From contig CAYJNU010000006.1 in the NCBI GenBank assembly GCA_964371005.1, positions 1-44,993 on the forward strand: a stretch of DNA of 44,993 bases, given 5' to 3'. Positions 9,201-17,462 of the stretch are shown piece by piece. The stretch's first letter is position 1, and each line of letters starts with the position of its first letter. The notes under the pieces are model-generated. The model did no database searches, was not told the origin of the DNA, and saw only the letters and a list, made by a program, of their open reading frames with translations. Made by a program: the position numbers and the translations under genes. The stretch comes from an uncultured Verrucomicrobiota bacterium. Its GTDB lineage: Bacteria; Verrucomicrobiota; Verrucomicrobiia; Limisphaerales; MWDV01.

Positions 9201-9535
9201 AGCGGGCCGATTTCCCGGCGATACCAACCAACGCCGTGGAAAGCGTTGCCCTCGTGTTCCTGGAAGGACGAGGGCACTGTTACCGTCTTCCAGTCGTTGG
9301 AGGATGACTGGTCGCGCTGGAATTGCCACCGCCCGTTCAGGCTGAGGTTCCGGCGGGGTGGCTCAGCTTCGTTGGCCAGCGCCAAGCACCCGCCCGCGAG
9401 CAAGACGGTGACAATGGAACTGATCACCCGCCTCGCAACCCGCGTGGAAAGTGCTTCGCCAAGTCTCGATCTCGTAATCAACAAGCGCATTCGCTGGCAT
9501 TTGCCGATCCCGCAAGCAGCGCCCTCATGATTCAA
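6260..9535 (-). CDS. Secreted glycoside hydrolase family 2-like protein with N- and C-terminal sugar-binding domains
   Basis: SLNGRWQF, GVGWYRR, LHFDAA, HLGGWTPFRFDVT, GGMWQEVKL, GFNTMK, CDELGMLAW, HPSVILRS; second sugar-binding module at the C-terminus (WAWYR..FEGVDD..GGIFRPV); start uncertain. Confidence 0.8.
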   Translation of the reverse strand: MNHEGAACGIGKCQRMRLLITRSRLGEALSTRVARRVISSIVTVLLAGGCLALANEAEPPRRNLSLNGRWQFQRDQSSSNDWKTVTVPSSFQEHEGNAFHGVGWYRREIGPLDLPAGKRVLLHFDAAATAAEVWWNGERLGSHLGGWTPFRFDVTDLVRRAVPGQPHQIRVRLDEKVGHNTQGFLSIIEPHFGGMWQEVKLLVMPETYINDLRLHAYGNPHTGRIEMRLPLGGSSTAQVDTVLLRRRSSGATGWQAETAQAWSSTEDPRLEFPSPNAQRWSPESPHLEELELEIQSRGEVLDRVPARAAFREVEVRGDQLRLNGQPLSVRGLLNWGYYPPRLAPQLDAARFRKDIEFARSRGFNTMKFCLWVPPKRFLELCDELGMLAWMEYPTWHPQLTRKHLDDLRREYLEFFHHDRRHPSVILRSLTCETGSGADLAVIQELYDLAHREIPGAVVEDDSSWIGWNRIHDFYDDHPYGNNHTWVKTLAGFREHILAHGSKPLMLGECMAADTWFDRQPLRDRVGTNRPYWLPGFFDPMGDWESHMARLTGPGGLAPLAAESRQYAMLMRKYQVETLRREIPLAGYVVSVIRDFPTAAMGLRDYMDQPKWTPAEWAWQGDTMCLLQTENDRRSYFASGAFHAEVLLSHFGSQELHDAELTVVVRTDGGDNQVLHQVRKKVPSQKSGSLTRPVTVAFDLPSTQTPRRLVVSARLQSPSLSCENTWPVWLVPRPVEGWARRVWLHNSVSDELARALFPGLACPSVPQAGQVAVASRFDDALVQFLEQGGRVLFLPDGERGSLPLNAHWFLRGAPYVPDHPLTQRAPRLFWIELQHFDLASRVIPELAYLDQTDPGLLLWDTHDLKTVKTHGLLFETRVAKGRLLVSALNHQGEWNAAGHWLLPELIDHLATGPAPRHALTDSTWHRLKEKLHEDKIDLTQSIWRFRPDPNEEGVRQGWASPALPLDDTWKSIRVGQHWESQGFPSLDKWAWYRLQVEIPVRWQDRPVYLNFEGVDDMYELYLDGRLVARRGDIATRKDTFSEKFSHDLTALVKPGQSHVIAVRVYDWYGAGGIFRPVTLSTAAFNAEVEILK

Positions 9536-9594
9536 CCGGGCGGAACGAACGGGGAGTCACAGCGGCATTGGGTGCAGTCTGAGCCAAGTGGCCG

Positions 9595-10596
9595 TCAACC
9601 CTTGGATTCAACAACGCATTGGTAGGCTCGCACACCGTCCACAATTGCCTCGGCGATCTCCCGCCGATAGGCCGTGCCAATAATTTTCTGCCCCTCCACC
9701 GGATGCGACAGGAAACCGGCCTCGATCAATATTGCCGGCATGGTGGCGTCCCGCAGCACGGCCAAACGCCCTCGCCGCACGCCGCGGTCTTCCGTGCCGA
9801 GCACACGCAGCAAGGACTTCTGCACCTGCCAGGCGAGGAGCAGGTTCTTGGCGTTGTTGCGGTTTCCCGTTAGCGTGCCCGTGGTCGGGCCATCGCTGCC
9901 GGCTGCCGTGGAACTGGCGCCGGCAGGCGTGAGGCAAAAGACCTCCGTGCCGCGCGCTTCACTCCGGGGGCCGTCGGTGGCGTTGAAGTGAAGGCTGAGG
10001 AACAGATCTGCCCTGGCCTTGCGCGCCACCGCCGGTCGCACCGGCAGGTCCACGAAGGTGTCGCTGGCGCGGGTGAGCGTGACCTTGAAGCCCGCGCGAG
10101 TGAGCTGGTCCTTGAGCTCGTATGCGAGCGCCAGTGTGTAGCGCTGTTCCTCTTGTGAGCCGAAACGGTAACCGGGGTCCTTGCCCCCATGCCCGGGGTC
10201 GAGGCAAATGTGGCGAATCTTCGCCGAACTGCGCGGCGGATGGAGCAGCGGATAGAGGGTGTGGTCAAGGTCCAGTTGCGAGAGGTAACCGGCGGGGGCG
10301 CGATACTCAAACGGCTTGAGCAGCCATACCTGCACGCCGTTGATCTCGGCTTGTCGCGAATTGCAGTTGAGGATGATCTTCAGATCCCCTTTGGTCAGTT
10401 GGAACACCTCGTCAGGTTGGAGCCATTTGGTCCCGAACTTGTTCGCGATCGCCCAGTCCCGCACCCGCACCTGCGAAGAACGCGTGGGATGCGACATGGA
10501 CTCCCGGCGACCCGCGGCCGTCGAAGTCAACAGCACCGCTGCCAGCACCCACGCAAACCAACCCGGTTTGTTGGCAAAACCGTTCATGCCCGGCAC
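9595..10596 (-). CDS. N-acetylmuramoyl-L-alanine amidase (Amidase_3)
   Basis: ICLDPGHGGKDPG, LTRASD, FLSLHFNA, LAVLR, PAILIEAGFLS; N-terminal signal peptide; ATG 10587 is an alternative start. Confidence 0.92.
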   Translation of the reverse strand: MPGMNGFANKPGWFAWVLAAVLLTSTAAGRRESMSHPTRSSQVRVRDWAIANKFGTKWLQPDEVFQLTKGDLKIILNCNSRQAEINGVQVWLLKPFEYRAPAGYLSQLDLDHTLYPLLHPPRSSAKIRHICLDPGHGGKDPGYRFGSQEEQRYTLALAYELKDQLTRAGFKVTLTRASDTFVDLPVRPAVARKARADLFLSLHFNATDGPRSEARGTEVFCLTPAGASSTAAGSDGPTTGTLTGNRNNAKNLLLAWQVQKSLLRVLGTEDRGVRRGRLAVLRDATMPAILIEAGFLSHPVEGQKIIGTAYRREIAEAIVDGVRAYQCVVESKG

Positions 10597-10767
10597 TCTG
10601 CCGCAGGACGTGACTCCGGTTCAAGGCAAATGGCCAGGAACTTATCTGCCGTGGACACCTGCGAGGGTTGGAAACGAGCTTCAACCGTGAACCCCCTGCG
10701 GAGCGACGGTCACGCATTCGGAAGCGTCAGGAACTCGAAACGAAATCGGGCTTTTCAGGCTTTTCTG

Positions 10768-10796
10768 TTGCCGGGTCATCACCCCTCGCCTATTTT
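10768..10796 (+). promoter_or_regulatory. Candidate sigma70 promoter of gltA
   Basis: TTGCCG (10768-10773), 17-bp spacer, TATTTT (10791-10796), about 30 bp upstream of the gltA ATG. Confidence 0.4.
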
Positions 10797-10828
10797 CACG
10801 CGAGATTCTCCACGAAGATCATCAGATT

Positions 10829-12118
10829 ATGAGCAATGTCGCAGAACTGAAGTTGGACGGGAAAACTTACGAATTCCCCATCGTCGAAGGCAGTGAGCAC
10901 GAGAAGGCAGTGGATGTCTCCGCGCTACGCAACGAGACGGGTTACATCACGCTGGACGATGGCTATGGTAATACGGGCTCATGCCAGAGCAGCATTACGT
11001 TTATTGACGGGGAGAAGGGCATCTTACGCTACCGCGGCATTCCAATTGAGGAGCTCGCGGAGCAATCCACGTTCGTGGAAGTGGCGCACCTGCTCATCAT
11101 GGGCAAACTTCCAACCAGCGCGGAGTTGCGCAGTTTCTCGGAGTTGCTCACGCAGAACGAGATGCTGCACGAAGACCTGAAATTCCACTTCGAGGGTTTT
11201 CCCACGCAGGCGCACCCGATGGCCATCCTGTCCTCGATGATCAACGCGAGCAGTTGTTTTTACCCTGGCTTGCTGGCCACGGACGTCAAGGATCGCTTTG
11301 ACATCCACGCCGCGCGGCTGCTTTCCAAGGTGCGGACCATCGCGGCCTTTGCCTACCGCAAATCGAAAGGACTGCCGATCATCTATCCGAAACCCGAGTA
11401 CAAGTACGCGGCGAACTTCCTGCATATGATGTTCTCGCACCCGTACCGGGACTACGAGATGAACCCGGAGGCCGTGCGGGCGCTGGACCTGATCTTCCTG
11501 CTGCATGCGGATCACGAGCAGAACTGCTCCACGGCGACCGTGCGCATGGTGGCGTCGAGCGGGGCCAACCTCTTTGCCAGCGCCGCCGCTGGCGTGTGCG
11601 CGCTCTGGGGGCCGTTGCACGGCGGGGCCAACCAGGCGGTCATTGAGATGCTCGAGCGGATCCACAAGGACGGTGACGACGGATCGAGGTTCATTGAGGC
11701 AGCAAAAGACAAGTCCAGCGGCAAGAGGCTCATGGGCTTCGGTCACCGCATCTACAAGAATTACGACCCACGGGCTCGCATCATCAAGAAGAGTTGTGAC
11801 CAATTGCTGGCCAAGCTAAAGCGGAGTGATCCGCTGTTGGACATCGCCAAGCACCTGGAGGAAGCCGCGCTGCGCGACTCGTATTTCGTCGAGCGGAAAC
11901 TGTATCCGAACGTGGATTTCTACAGCGGCATCATCATGCGCGCCCTGGAAATCCCCGTGCAGATGTTTACGGTCATGTTTGCCATTGGGCGCATGCCGGG
12001 TTGGATCGCCAATTACCGCGAGGTTCTGGAAGCCGCCAACACGCGCATTTACCGGCCGCGCCAGATTTACACCGGCCCGACCCAAACACCTTACGTGCCC
12101 ATCCGGCAGCGGGTATAA
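10829..12118 (+). CDS. gltA: Citrate synthase (type II)
   Basis: SSITFIDGEKGILRYRG, HADHEQNCST, LWGPLHGGANQ, LMGFGHRIYKNYDPRA, YPNVDFYSG, RPRQIYTG. Confidence 0.97.
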   Translation: MSNVAELKLDGKTYEFPIVEGSEHEKAVDVSALRNETGYITLDDGYGNTGSCQSSITFIDGEKGILRYRGIPIEELAEQSTFVEVAHLLIMGKLPTSAELRSFSELLTQNEMLHEDLKFHFEGFPTQAHPMAILSSMINASSCFYPGLLATDVKDRFDIHAARLLSKVRTIAAFAYRKSKGLPIIYPKPEYKYAANFLHMMFSHPYRDYEMNPEAVRALDLIFLLHADHEQNCSTATVRMVASSGANLFASAAAGVCALWGPLHGGANQAVIEMLERIHKDGDDGSRFIEAAKDKSSGKRLMGFGHRIYKNYDPRARIIKKSCDQLLAKLKRSDPLLDIAKHLEEAALRDSYFVERKLYPNVDFYSGIIMRALEIPVQMFTVMFAIGRMPGWIANYREVLEAANTRIYRPRQIYTGPTQTPYVPIRQRV

Positions 12119-12161
12119 ACCGGTGCGGCAGCCTGCAGAAACGGCCGGTCGCTGGTCAGAC

Positions 12162-12428
12162 TCAGCGGGCGGAAGCCGCTGCGCCAAACACACCCAGCAC
12201 GACCAGCAGAAGGCCGACGACCACGCTGAGGACGAGCAGAATCGTGGCGACGATGCCGCAGATCTTTCCCGCGTTGGTCAAGCCCCGGCCGCTTGGATCC
12301 ATCTGGCCGGCGTCAATCTGCTTGAGGTCGCCCGAGCCCATGATCCAAGCCGCGATGCCGATCGGCTGGCAGACAACCAGGCCAAGAATTCCCAGAACGA
12401 GGATGAGAGTGCCACGATGCGGTTTCAT
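12162..12428 (-). CDS. Small two-TM membrane protein (DUF4190-like)
   Basis: HRGTLILVLGILGLVVC..AWIMG..DLKQIDAG.MDPSGRG...AGKICGIV pattern; 88 aa. Confidence 0.75.
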   Translation of the reverse strand: MKPHRGTLILVLGILGLVVCQPIGIAAWIMGSGDLKQIDAGQMDPSGRGLTNAGKICGIVATILLVLSVVVGLLLVVLGVFGAAASAR

Positions 12429-12492
12429 AAATGTTTAGAAGTTGCTTTCTTCTAGTGACCGCCGTTGAATTCCGCAAGCGAAATCGCCCGAA

Positions 12493-13698
12493 ATGAACAT
12501 TCACGAGTATCAGGCCAAGACACTCCTCGCCCCGCGAGGAGTACCACTGCCGCCCGGCGGCGTTTGCGAAAATGCCGACCAAGCTCGCTCCATTGCCGCC
12601 AAGCTCCTGGCCGACGGAGCGACCCGATTGGTGGTCAAGGCGCAGATTCACGCAGGTGGACGCGGCAAAGGGACGTTCCAGAGCGGCTATCGTGGCGGTG
12701 TGAAGCTCGGTACCACGGCAGACGAGGCGTACGAGTTCGCCAAAGCCATGCTCGGCAACGTACTCGTCACGAAACAGACGGGTCCTTCCGGCCGGCCCGT
12801 GAGCAAGGTGCTGGTCGCGCTCGCTCCGAACATTCGCCGGGAGCTTTATGTGGCCGTGCTGCTGGATCGCGCGCTCGGCTGTCCGGTTATCATGGCCAGC
12901 ACCGAGGGCGGTATGGACATCGAGGAAGTTGCCGCAAAAACACCGGAGAAAATCATCAAAGAGGCCATTGATCCCACGCTCGGTTTCCAGGCGTATCAGG
13001 GCCGCAAGTTGGCCGTGGCGCTCGGTTTGACCGGTGACCTGCTGGCTCAGGCGGTCAAGACGTTCACCGGCCTCTACCGCACTTGGTGGGAATGCGACGC
13101 CTCGCTCCTCGAAATTAACCCGCTTTGTGTCGTCGCCGCGCCGGATGGCAAGCTCTCACTCTTGGCGGTGGACGCCAAGATGACGCTCGATGACAGCGCA
13201 CTGTTCCGCCACCCGGACATTCAGGCCATGCGCGACCTGGCGGAGGAATCGCCCCTGGAAGTCGAGGCCAGCAAGTTTTCGCTGAACTACATCAAGCTCG
13301 ACGGCAACATCGCCTGCCTCGTGAATGGTGCCGGCCTGGCAATGGCTACGATGGACATCATCAAGCATTACGGCGGCGAGCCGGCGAACTTCTTGGACGT
13401 GGGTGGGGGCGCAACCGTCGAGCAGGTCACGGCGGCCTTCAAGATCATCATGCAGGATTCCAACGTGAAGGGCATCCTTGTGAACATCTTTGGCGGCATC
13501 ATGGACTGCAACGTGATCGCACAGGGCATCGTGGTGGCCGTGAAGGAAACGGGATTAACGCTGCCGTTGGTCGTCCGCCTCGAAGGCAACAATGTGGAGG
13601 CCGGCAAGCAAACGCTCGCCCATTCCGGCCTGACGATCATCAGCGGCACCACGATGGCGGACTCGGCGCAGAAGGTGGTGCAGGCAGTAAGTCGCTAA
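12493..13698 (+). CDS. sucC: Succinyl-CoA synthetase beta subunit
   Basis: [65 protein letters not shown]. Confidence 0.97.
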   Translation: MNIHEYQAKTLLAPRGVPLPPGGVCENADQARSIAAKLLADGATRLVVKAQIHAGGRGKGTFQSGYRGGVKLGTTADEAYEFAKAMLGNVLVTKQTGPSGRPVSKVLVALAPNIRRELYVAVLLDRALGCPVIMASTEGGMDIEEVAAKTPEKIIKEAIDPTLGFQAYQGRKLAVALGLTGDLLAQAVKTFTGLYRTWWECDASLLEINPLCVVAAPDGKLSLLAVDAKMTLDDSALFRHPDIQAMRDLAEESPLEVEASKFSLNYIKLDGNIACLVNGAGLAMATMDIIKHYGGEPANFLDVGGGATVEQVTAAFKIIMQDSNVKGILVNIFGGIMDCNVIAQGIVVAVKETGLTLPLVVRLEGNNVEAGKQTLAHSGLTIISGTTMADSAQKVVQAVSR

Positions 13699-13718
13699 AC
13701 CTCAGCACAAGTTTTCCC

Positions 13719-14618
13719 ATGGCAATTCTCGTCACTCCTCAAACCCGGGTTCTCGTTCAAGGCATTACCGGCAGCTTCGGCGGGCGGCATGCCCAACTCT
13801 CACTGGACTACGGCACCCAGATCGTCGCCGGTGTCACTCCGGGCAAAGGCGGCCAGACCTTCACGCACATCGCACACCAAGTCCCGATCTTCGACACCGT
13901 GGCCGAGGCCATGAAACAAACCGGTGCGATCGCCTCTGCCGTTTTCGTCCCGCCCGCGTTTGCTGCCGATGCCATCCTCGAAGGCGTGGACGCTGGCTTG
14001 GAGTTGGTCGTGGCCATCACCGAAGGCATTCCCGTGAACGACATGCTCAAGGTAAAGCGTTCCATGTCCGGCAAGGCCACGCGGCTCATTGGCCCGAATT
14101 GCCCCGGTATCGTCACGCCAGGTGCGGGCAAAGACTCGCACGGTGGCTGCCGCATCGGCATTGCGCCGGGTTACATCCACAAGCAAGGGAACATCGGCGT
14201 GGTGTCGCGCAGCGGTACGTTGACATATGAAGCGGTCTGGCAATTGACGTGTCGCGGTGTGGGCCAAAGTACCTGCGTCGGTATTGGTGGCGATCCGGTG
14301 CCCGGCCTGTCGCATCTCGACGTCATCAAGTTATTCGCAGAAGACCCGGAGACAAAGGGGATCATCATGATCGGCGAAATTGGCGGCAGCGCGGAGGAGG
14401 AAGCGGCGGCCTGGATCAAACTGCACTGCAAGAAACCGGTGGCGGGCTTCATCGCGGGAGCAACCGCGCCCCCGGGGCGGCGCATGGGACATGCGGGTGC
14501 CATCGTCAGCGGCGGCAAGGGAACGGCGGCGACGAAGGTCGCAGCGTTTCAGGACGCAGGCATCGGCGTCGCCCCGACGCCGAGCGAAATGGCAGAGACG
14601 CTGTTGAAGATGATGTGA
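13719..14618 (+). CDS. sucD: Succinyl-CoA synthetase alpha subunit
   Basis: [43 protein letters not shown] (phospho-His). Confidence 0.97.
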   Translation: MAILVTPQTRVLVQGITGSFGGRHAQLSLDYGTQIVAGVTPGKGGQTFTHIAHQVPIFDTVAEAMKQTGAIASAVFVPPAFAADAILEGVDAGLELVVAITEGIPVNDMLKVKRSMSGKATRLIGPNCPGIVTPGAGKDSHGGCRIGIAPGYIHKQGNIGVVSRSGTLTYEAVWQLTCRGVGQSTCVGIGGDPVPGLSHLDVIKLFAEDPETKGIIMIGEIGGSAEEEAAAWIKLHCKKPVAGFIAGATAPPGRRMGHAGAIVSGGKGTAATKVAAFQDAGIGVAPTPSEMAETLLKMM

Positions 14619-14696
14619 ACCGGACGGGTTGCCGGTTGGCCACAAGGGCTTGAACGGTCGTGAGTCTCTTGACGCAACCCGCCGCACGCAACGTGC

Positions 14697-15557
14697 ATGA
14701 TGGACCTGATTGACTTCATCCTGAACCTCGCCGGTCTATCGCTCTGGCTAAACTGGCTCTCGATCCGGTTTGACCCGCTGACGCGCCCGACCGCAGCCAC
14801 GCTCGTGGGTACGCTCCGGAAGGCCAGTCGCGCACCTGCGCATCGGTTGGCGTTCATTGCGGGACTCGTGGCCCTCCTGCTCGGCCGCGGTTTCTTCTAC
14901 TGGGCCATCGGCTCAGCGATAGACTGGTCACCCTGCCTGCGACTGGTCGGCAACATCCAGGTTTACTTTCCGCTATCTGCGGCGGCCTACTATCTGGGGT
15001 TGATGACGCTCTACTCCGTTCTGAGTTTCGGCAAGCTGCTGGTGAGCTTCTACGTTTGGCTGTTGCTCCTGTCGTTCCTCGGCGAGCGCGGGACCGAAGG
15101 GGACCCGCTACTGCGCTTGGCCCGGGCCCACTTGGGGCCGGTGGCGCGATGGCCTTGGCCGGGGCGGTTGGTCCTGCCGCTTCTCGGTGTCGCGCTGGCG
15201 TGGTTGGCGCTCGAACCGTTGCTTGCCTGGGTGGAGCTCGTTCCGAAGACCGCGTCCTGGGCGCACCGTCTCGAACAGGCGACGCTCATCGGCGCCGGCG
15301 CGTACCTCTCCTGGCAGTATCTAATCGGCGGCCTGCTGGCGCTGCACATCCTCAACAGCTACGTCTATCTGGGCAGCCATGCCTTTCTGACCTTCGTCAC
15401 GGTCGCCGCGCAGAGTCTGCTGAAACCGCTGCAACCGGTGCCGCTGCAACTCAGCAAGGTGGATTTTGCTCCGTTGGTGGCGGTGGCGATGGTTTTCGCA
15501 ATCGCCGAATTCGGGACGCTGGCCCTGACGCGGCTGTACGGCTTGTTGCCGCTTTGA
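14697..15557 (+). CDS. YggT-like multi-pass membrane protein
   Basis: Several hydrophobic helices; C-terminal LLKPLQ.VP....VDFAPLV resembles the YggT signature. Confidence 0.55.
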   Translation: MMDLIDFILNLAGLSLWLNWLSIRFDPLTRPTAATLVGTLRKASRAPAHRLAFIAGLVALLLGRGFFYWAIGSAIDWSPCLRLVGNIQVYFPLSAAAYYLGLMTLYSVLSFGKLLVSFYVWLLLLSFLGERGTEGDPLLRLARAHLGPVARWPWPGRLVLPLLGVALAWLALEPLLAWVELVPKTASWAHRLEQATLIGAGAYLSWQYLIGGLLALHILNSYVYLGSHAFLTFVTVAAQSLLKPLQPVPLQLSKVDFAPLVAVAMVFAIAEFGTLALTRLYGLLPL

Positions 15558-15563
15558 CGCGGC

Positions 15564-16661
15564 TCAGTCAACCGCTTCCGGCAACCGCACGGTCACGGTG
15601 GTACCCGCGCCCGGCTGGCTCTGGATTGACAGCGTGCCACCGTGCATGTTGGCCAGGCGACGGCAGATCGTTAGCCCGAGCCCCAGCCCCTGCTGCTCCT
15701 GCATCTTGCGATCGAACTGCATGTAGGCGCCGATCTTGGCAATGTGCTCCTGGGAAAGACCGCGCCCCTGGTCCGTCACCGACAGAAGCAGATCCCCCTC
15801 CACCGTCTCCAGGACAAGGCGCACCGGCGTGTTCGGCTTGGAGAATTTGAAGGCGTTTTGCAGCAACTCGTCCACGATCTTGGACAGGTATTCCTCCGCC
15901 ATCGGTACGGGGCGGTCCTGCACGGTCAGCGTGAGATCGGCCGAACGATGCATGCCTTCGGCGATCGCATGCACCTTGTCCTCAAGCAGTCGCACGGGGA
16001 ATTGCGTTGCCTTCTTCCGTAGCGCGGCCGCCTTCGCCGGATCGCTGCCGAGGAGTTCCAATTGTGCGTAGATGAGGAAGTTCTCAATGAGCCGCATGAG
16101 CCGCCGACCAGACTCGCTGATAACCTGCCCCATCTCAGCCACCTCGGCGGGCGCGAGCGACTCTGCGTCGGTGCTCAGGATTTCGCCATAAGCCAGAATG
16201 CCGTTCAGCGGCGTGCGCAATTCGTGAGGCAGGGCCAGGCTGATGCTGTCGCGCAGATCCGCGAGTTTACGTTCCGCCGCCTTGCGAAGTTCCTGCGCCT
16301 TGCGCAACCGTGCCTCGACCGCGCCGCAAAGTTGTTCCGCTGTGAAGGGCTTCGGCAAATAGTCGTCCGCGCCCAGTTCCATCCCTTGCCGCATGCCGGC
16401 GGGGTCGGCGTAACCCGTCATCAAGATGAAGGGGATGGCTGCTGTGGCGGGCGTCTCGCGCAACGAGGCGAGCGTCAGGTAGCCATTCGTCTGTTGCATG
16501 TTGACGTCGCACAGCACGAGATCCGGTAGATGCTGACGGGCCAGTTCGATGCCGCGAGTGCCATTCTCCGCCTCGATCACACTGAAGCCCCGGTGGTCCA
16601 ACACAACCTTGACCATTTCCCGCAGCCACTCTTCATCATCTACGACGAGGATTTTTTTCAT
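15564..16661 (-). CDS. Hybrid response regulator / histidine kinase (REC-HisKA-HATPase), no sensor domain
   Basis: KILVVDD, PDLVLCD, DDYLPKPF; H-box PHELRTPLNGI; N-box ELLQNAFKFS; DQGRG; GLGLGL. Start at ATG 16661 rather than 16814. Confidence 0.92.
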   Translation of the reverse strand: MKKILVVDDEEWLREMVKVVLDHRGFSVIEAENGTRGIELARQHLPDLVLCDVNMQQTNGYLTLASLRETPATAAIPFILMTGYADPAGMRQGMELGADDYLPKPFTAEQLCGAVEARLRKAQELRKAAERKLADLRDSISLALPHELRTPLNGILAYGEILSTDAESLAPAEVAEMGQVISESGRRLMRLIENFLIYAQLELLGSDPAKAAALRKKATQFPVRLLEDKVHAIAEGMHRSADLTLTVQDRPVPMAEEYLSKIVDELLQNAFKFSKPNTPVRLVLETVEGDLLLSVTDQGRGLSQEHIAKIGAYMQFDRKMQEQQGLGLGLTICRRLANMHGGTLSIQSQPGAGTTVTVRLPEAVD

Positions 16662-17173
16662 CGCGCGTGCGCTCTGCGATACCTGAGCAAAGCCCGAACC
16701 GGAAGCGGGGCGGGTCGCCGTTTCACGGCCCATCACCACTTCAGTTGCCGGACTCAAACTAACCTCCGTTCGCGCATCAGGCACGCAAACGTCGGGGCAG
16801 GCAGATGTCATCATCGCTCGGATCGTTTTCGAGGTTATAGCAGAATGCCGGCCAGCAGCTTAACGCCGCCTGGCACTCCTCAAAAGGAGGCGAAACCGAT
16901 CAGTTGTGAGATGGCGTCAGACAAAGGCGGACAACGAGGGTGGATTCTCCGGTGCCAAGAAGCGAAACAGTGCGTCCTGTTTCCACGCACGACCGAGTGT
17001 CGCCCTCCACGTAAAGGCTACGCGCACGGGCAGCGACGTTGGCGCGAACCAGCAATTCGGCAGAACGCTCGGCGATGGATTTGTGGTTCACGCCGTGCCC
17101 CCCCAGCGGCGTACACCAGCTTGATCCCAGGTATCGGGCACGGCGTACCGCATCGCCGCCTCGGGCGTCCTCT

Positions 17174-17275
17174 CGTAAAACGATTGTCACCGACAGCCAA
17201 GCGCCGGTGGAGTTGGTTCAGGCACTGCGCGACAAGGGGATCGAAGTCGTGATCGCAACCAAGGCATCAGACTGA
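17174..17275 (+). pseudogene. C-terminal relic of a DeoR/GlpR-family regulator
   Basis: RKTIVTDSQAPVELVQALRDKGIEVVIATKASD* matches the DeoR C-terminal signature (compare RIVTDQAPSPEWMEFLSARGIQV in the intact DeoR at 19968-20729); no DeoR-like sequence upstream. Confidence 0.7.
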
Positions 17276-17307
17276 TCGCGCTGCATCCGAAAGCAGCGCG
17301 ACGTTTT
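17276..17307 (+). terminator. Hairpin terminator after the DeoR relic
   Basis: Perfect 9-bp stem TCGCGCTGC / GCAGCGCGA, 8-nt loop, followed by CGTTTT. Confidence 0.55.
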
Positions 17308-17462
17308 GGCCGACCTTTCGCCAGGAACCTCTCGGAGTGCGTCCGTCCTCGGGAGCAGCAACGTCCTACCATGCAATCCATGCTGCTGCGCCCGAGGACG
17401 GGCGCACTCCGGTTCAGGGGGACAATGCGCGACTTGATTCGGGCGATTCTCGCCCAATCGGG

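Noticed and set aside
16900-17170. Possible frameshifted gene across the 7-C run at 17098-17104
   Set aside because: Joined peptide (IPGIKLVYAAGGHGVNHKSIAERSAELL..) matches no family I recognise
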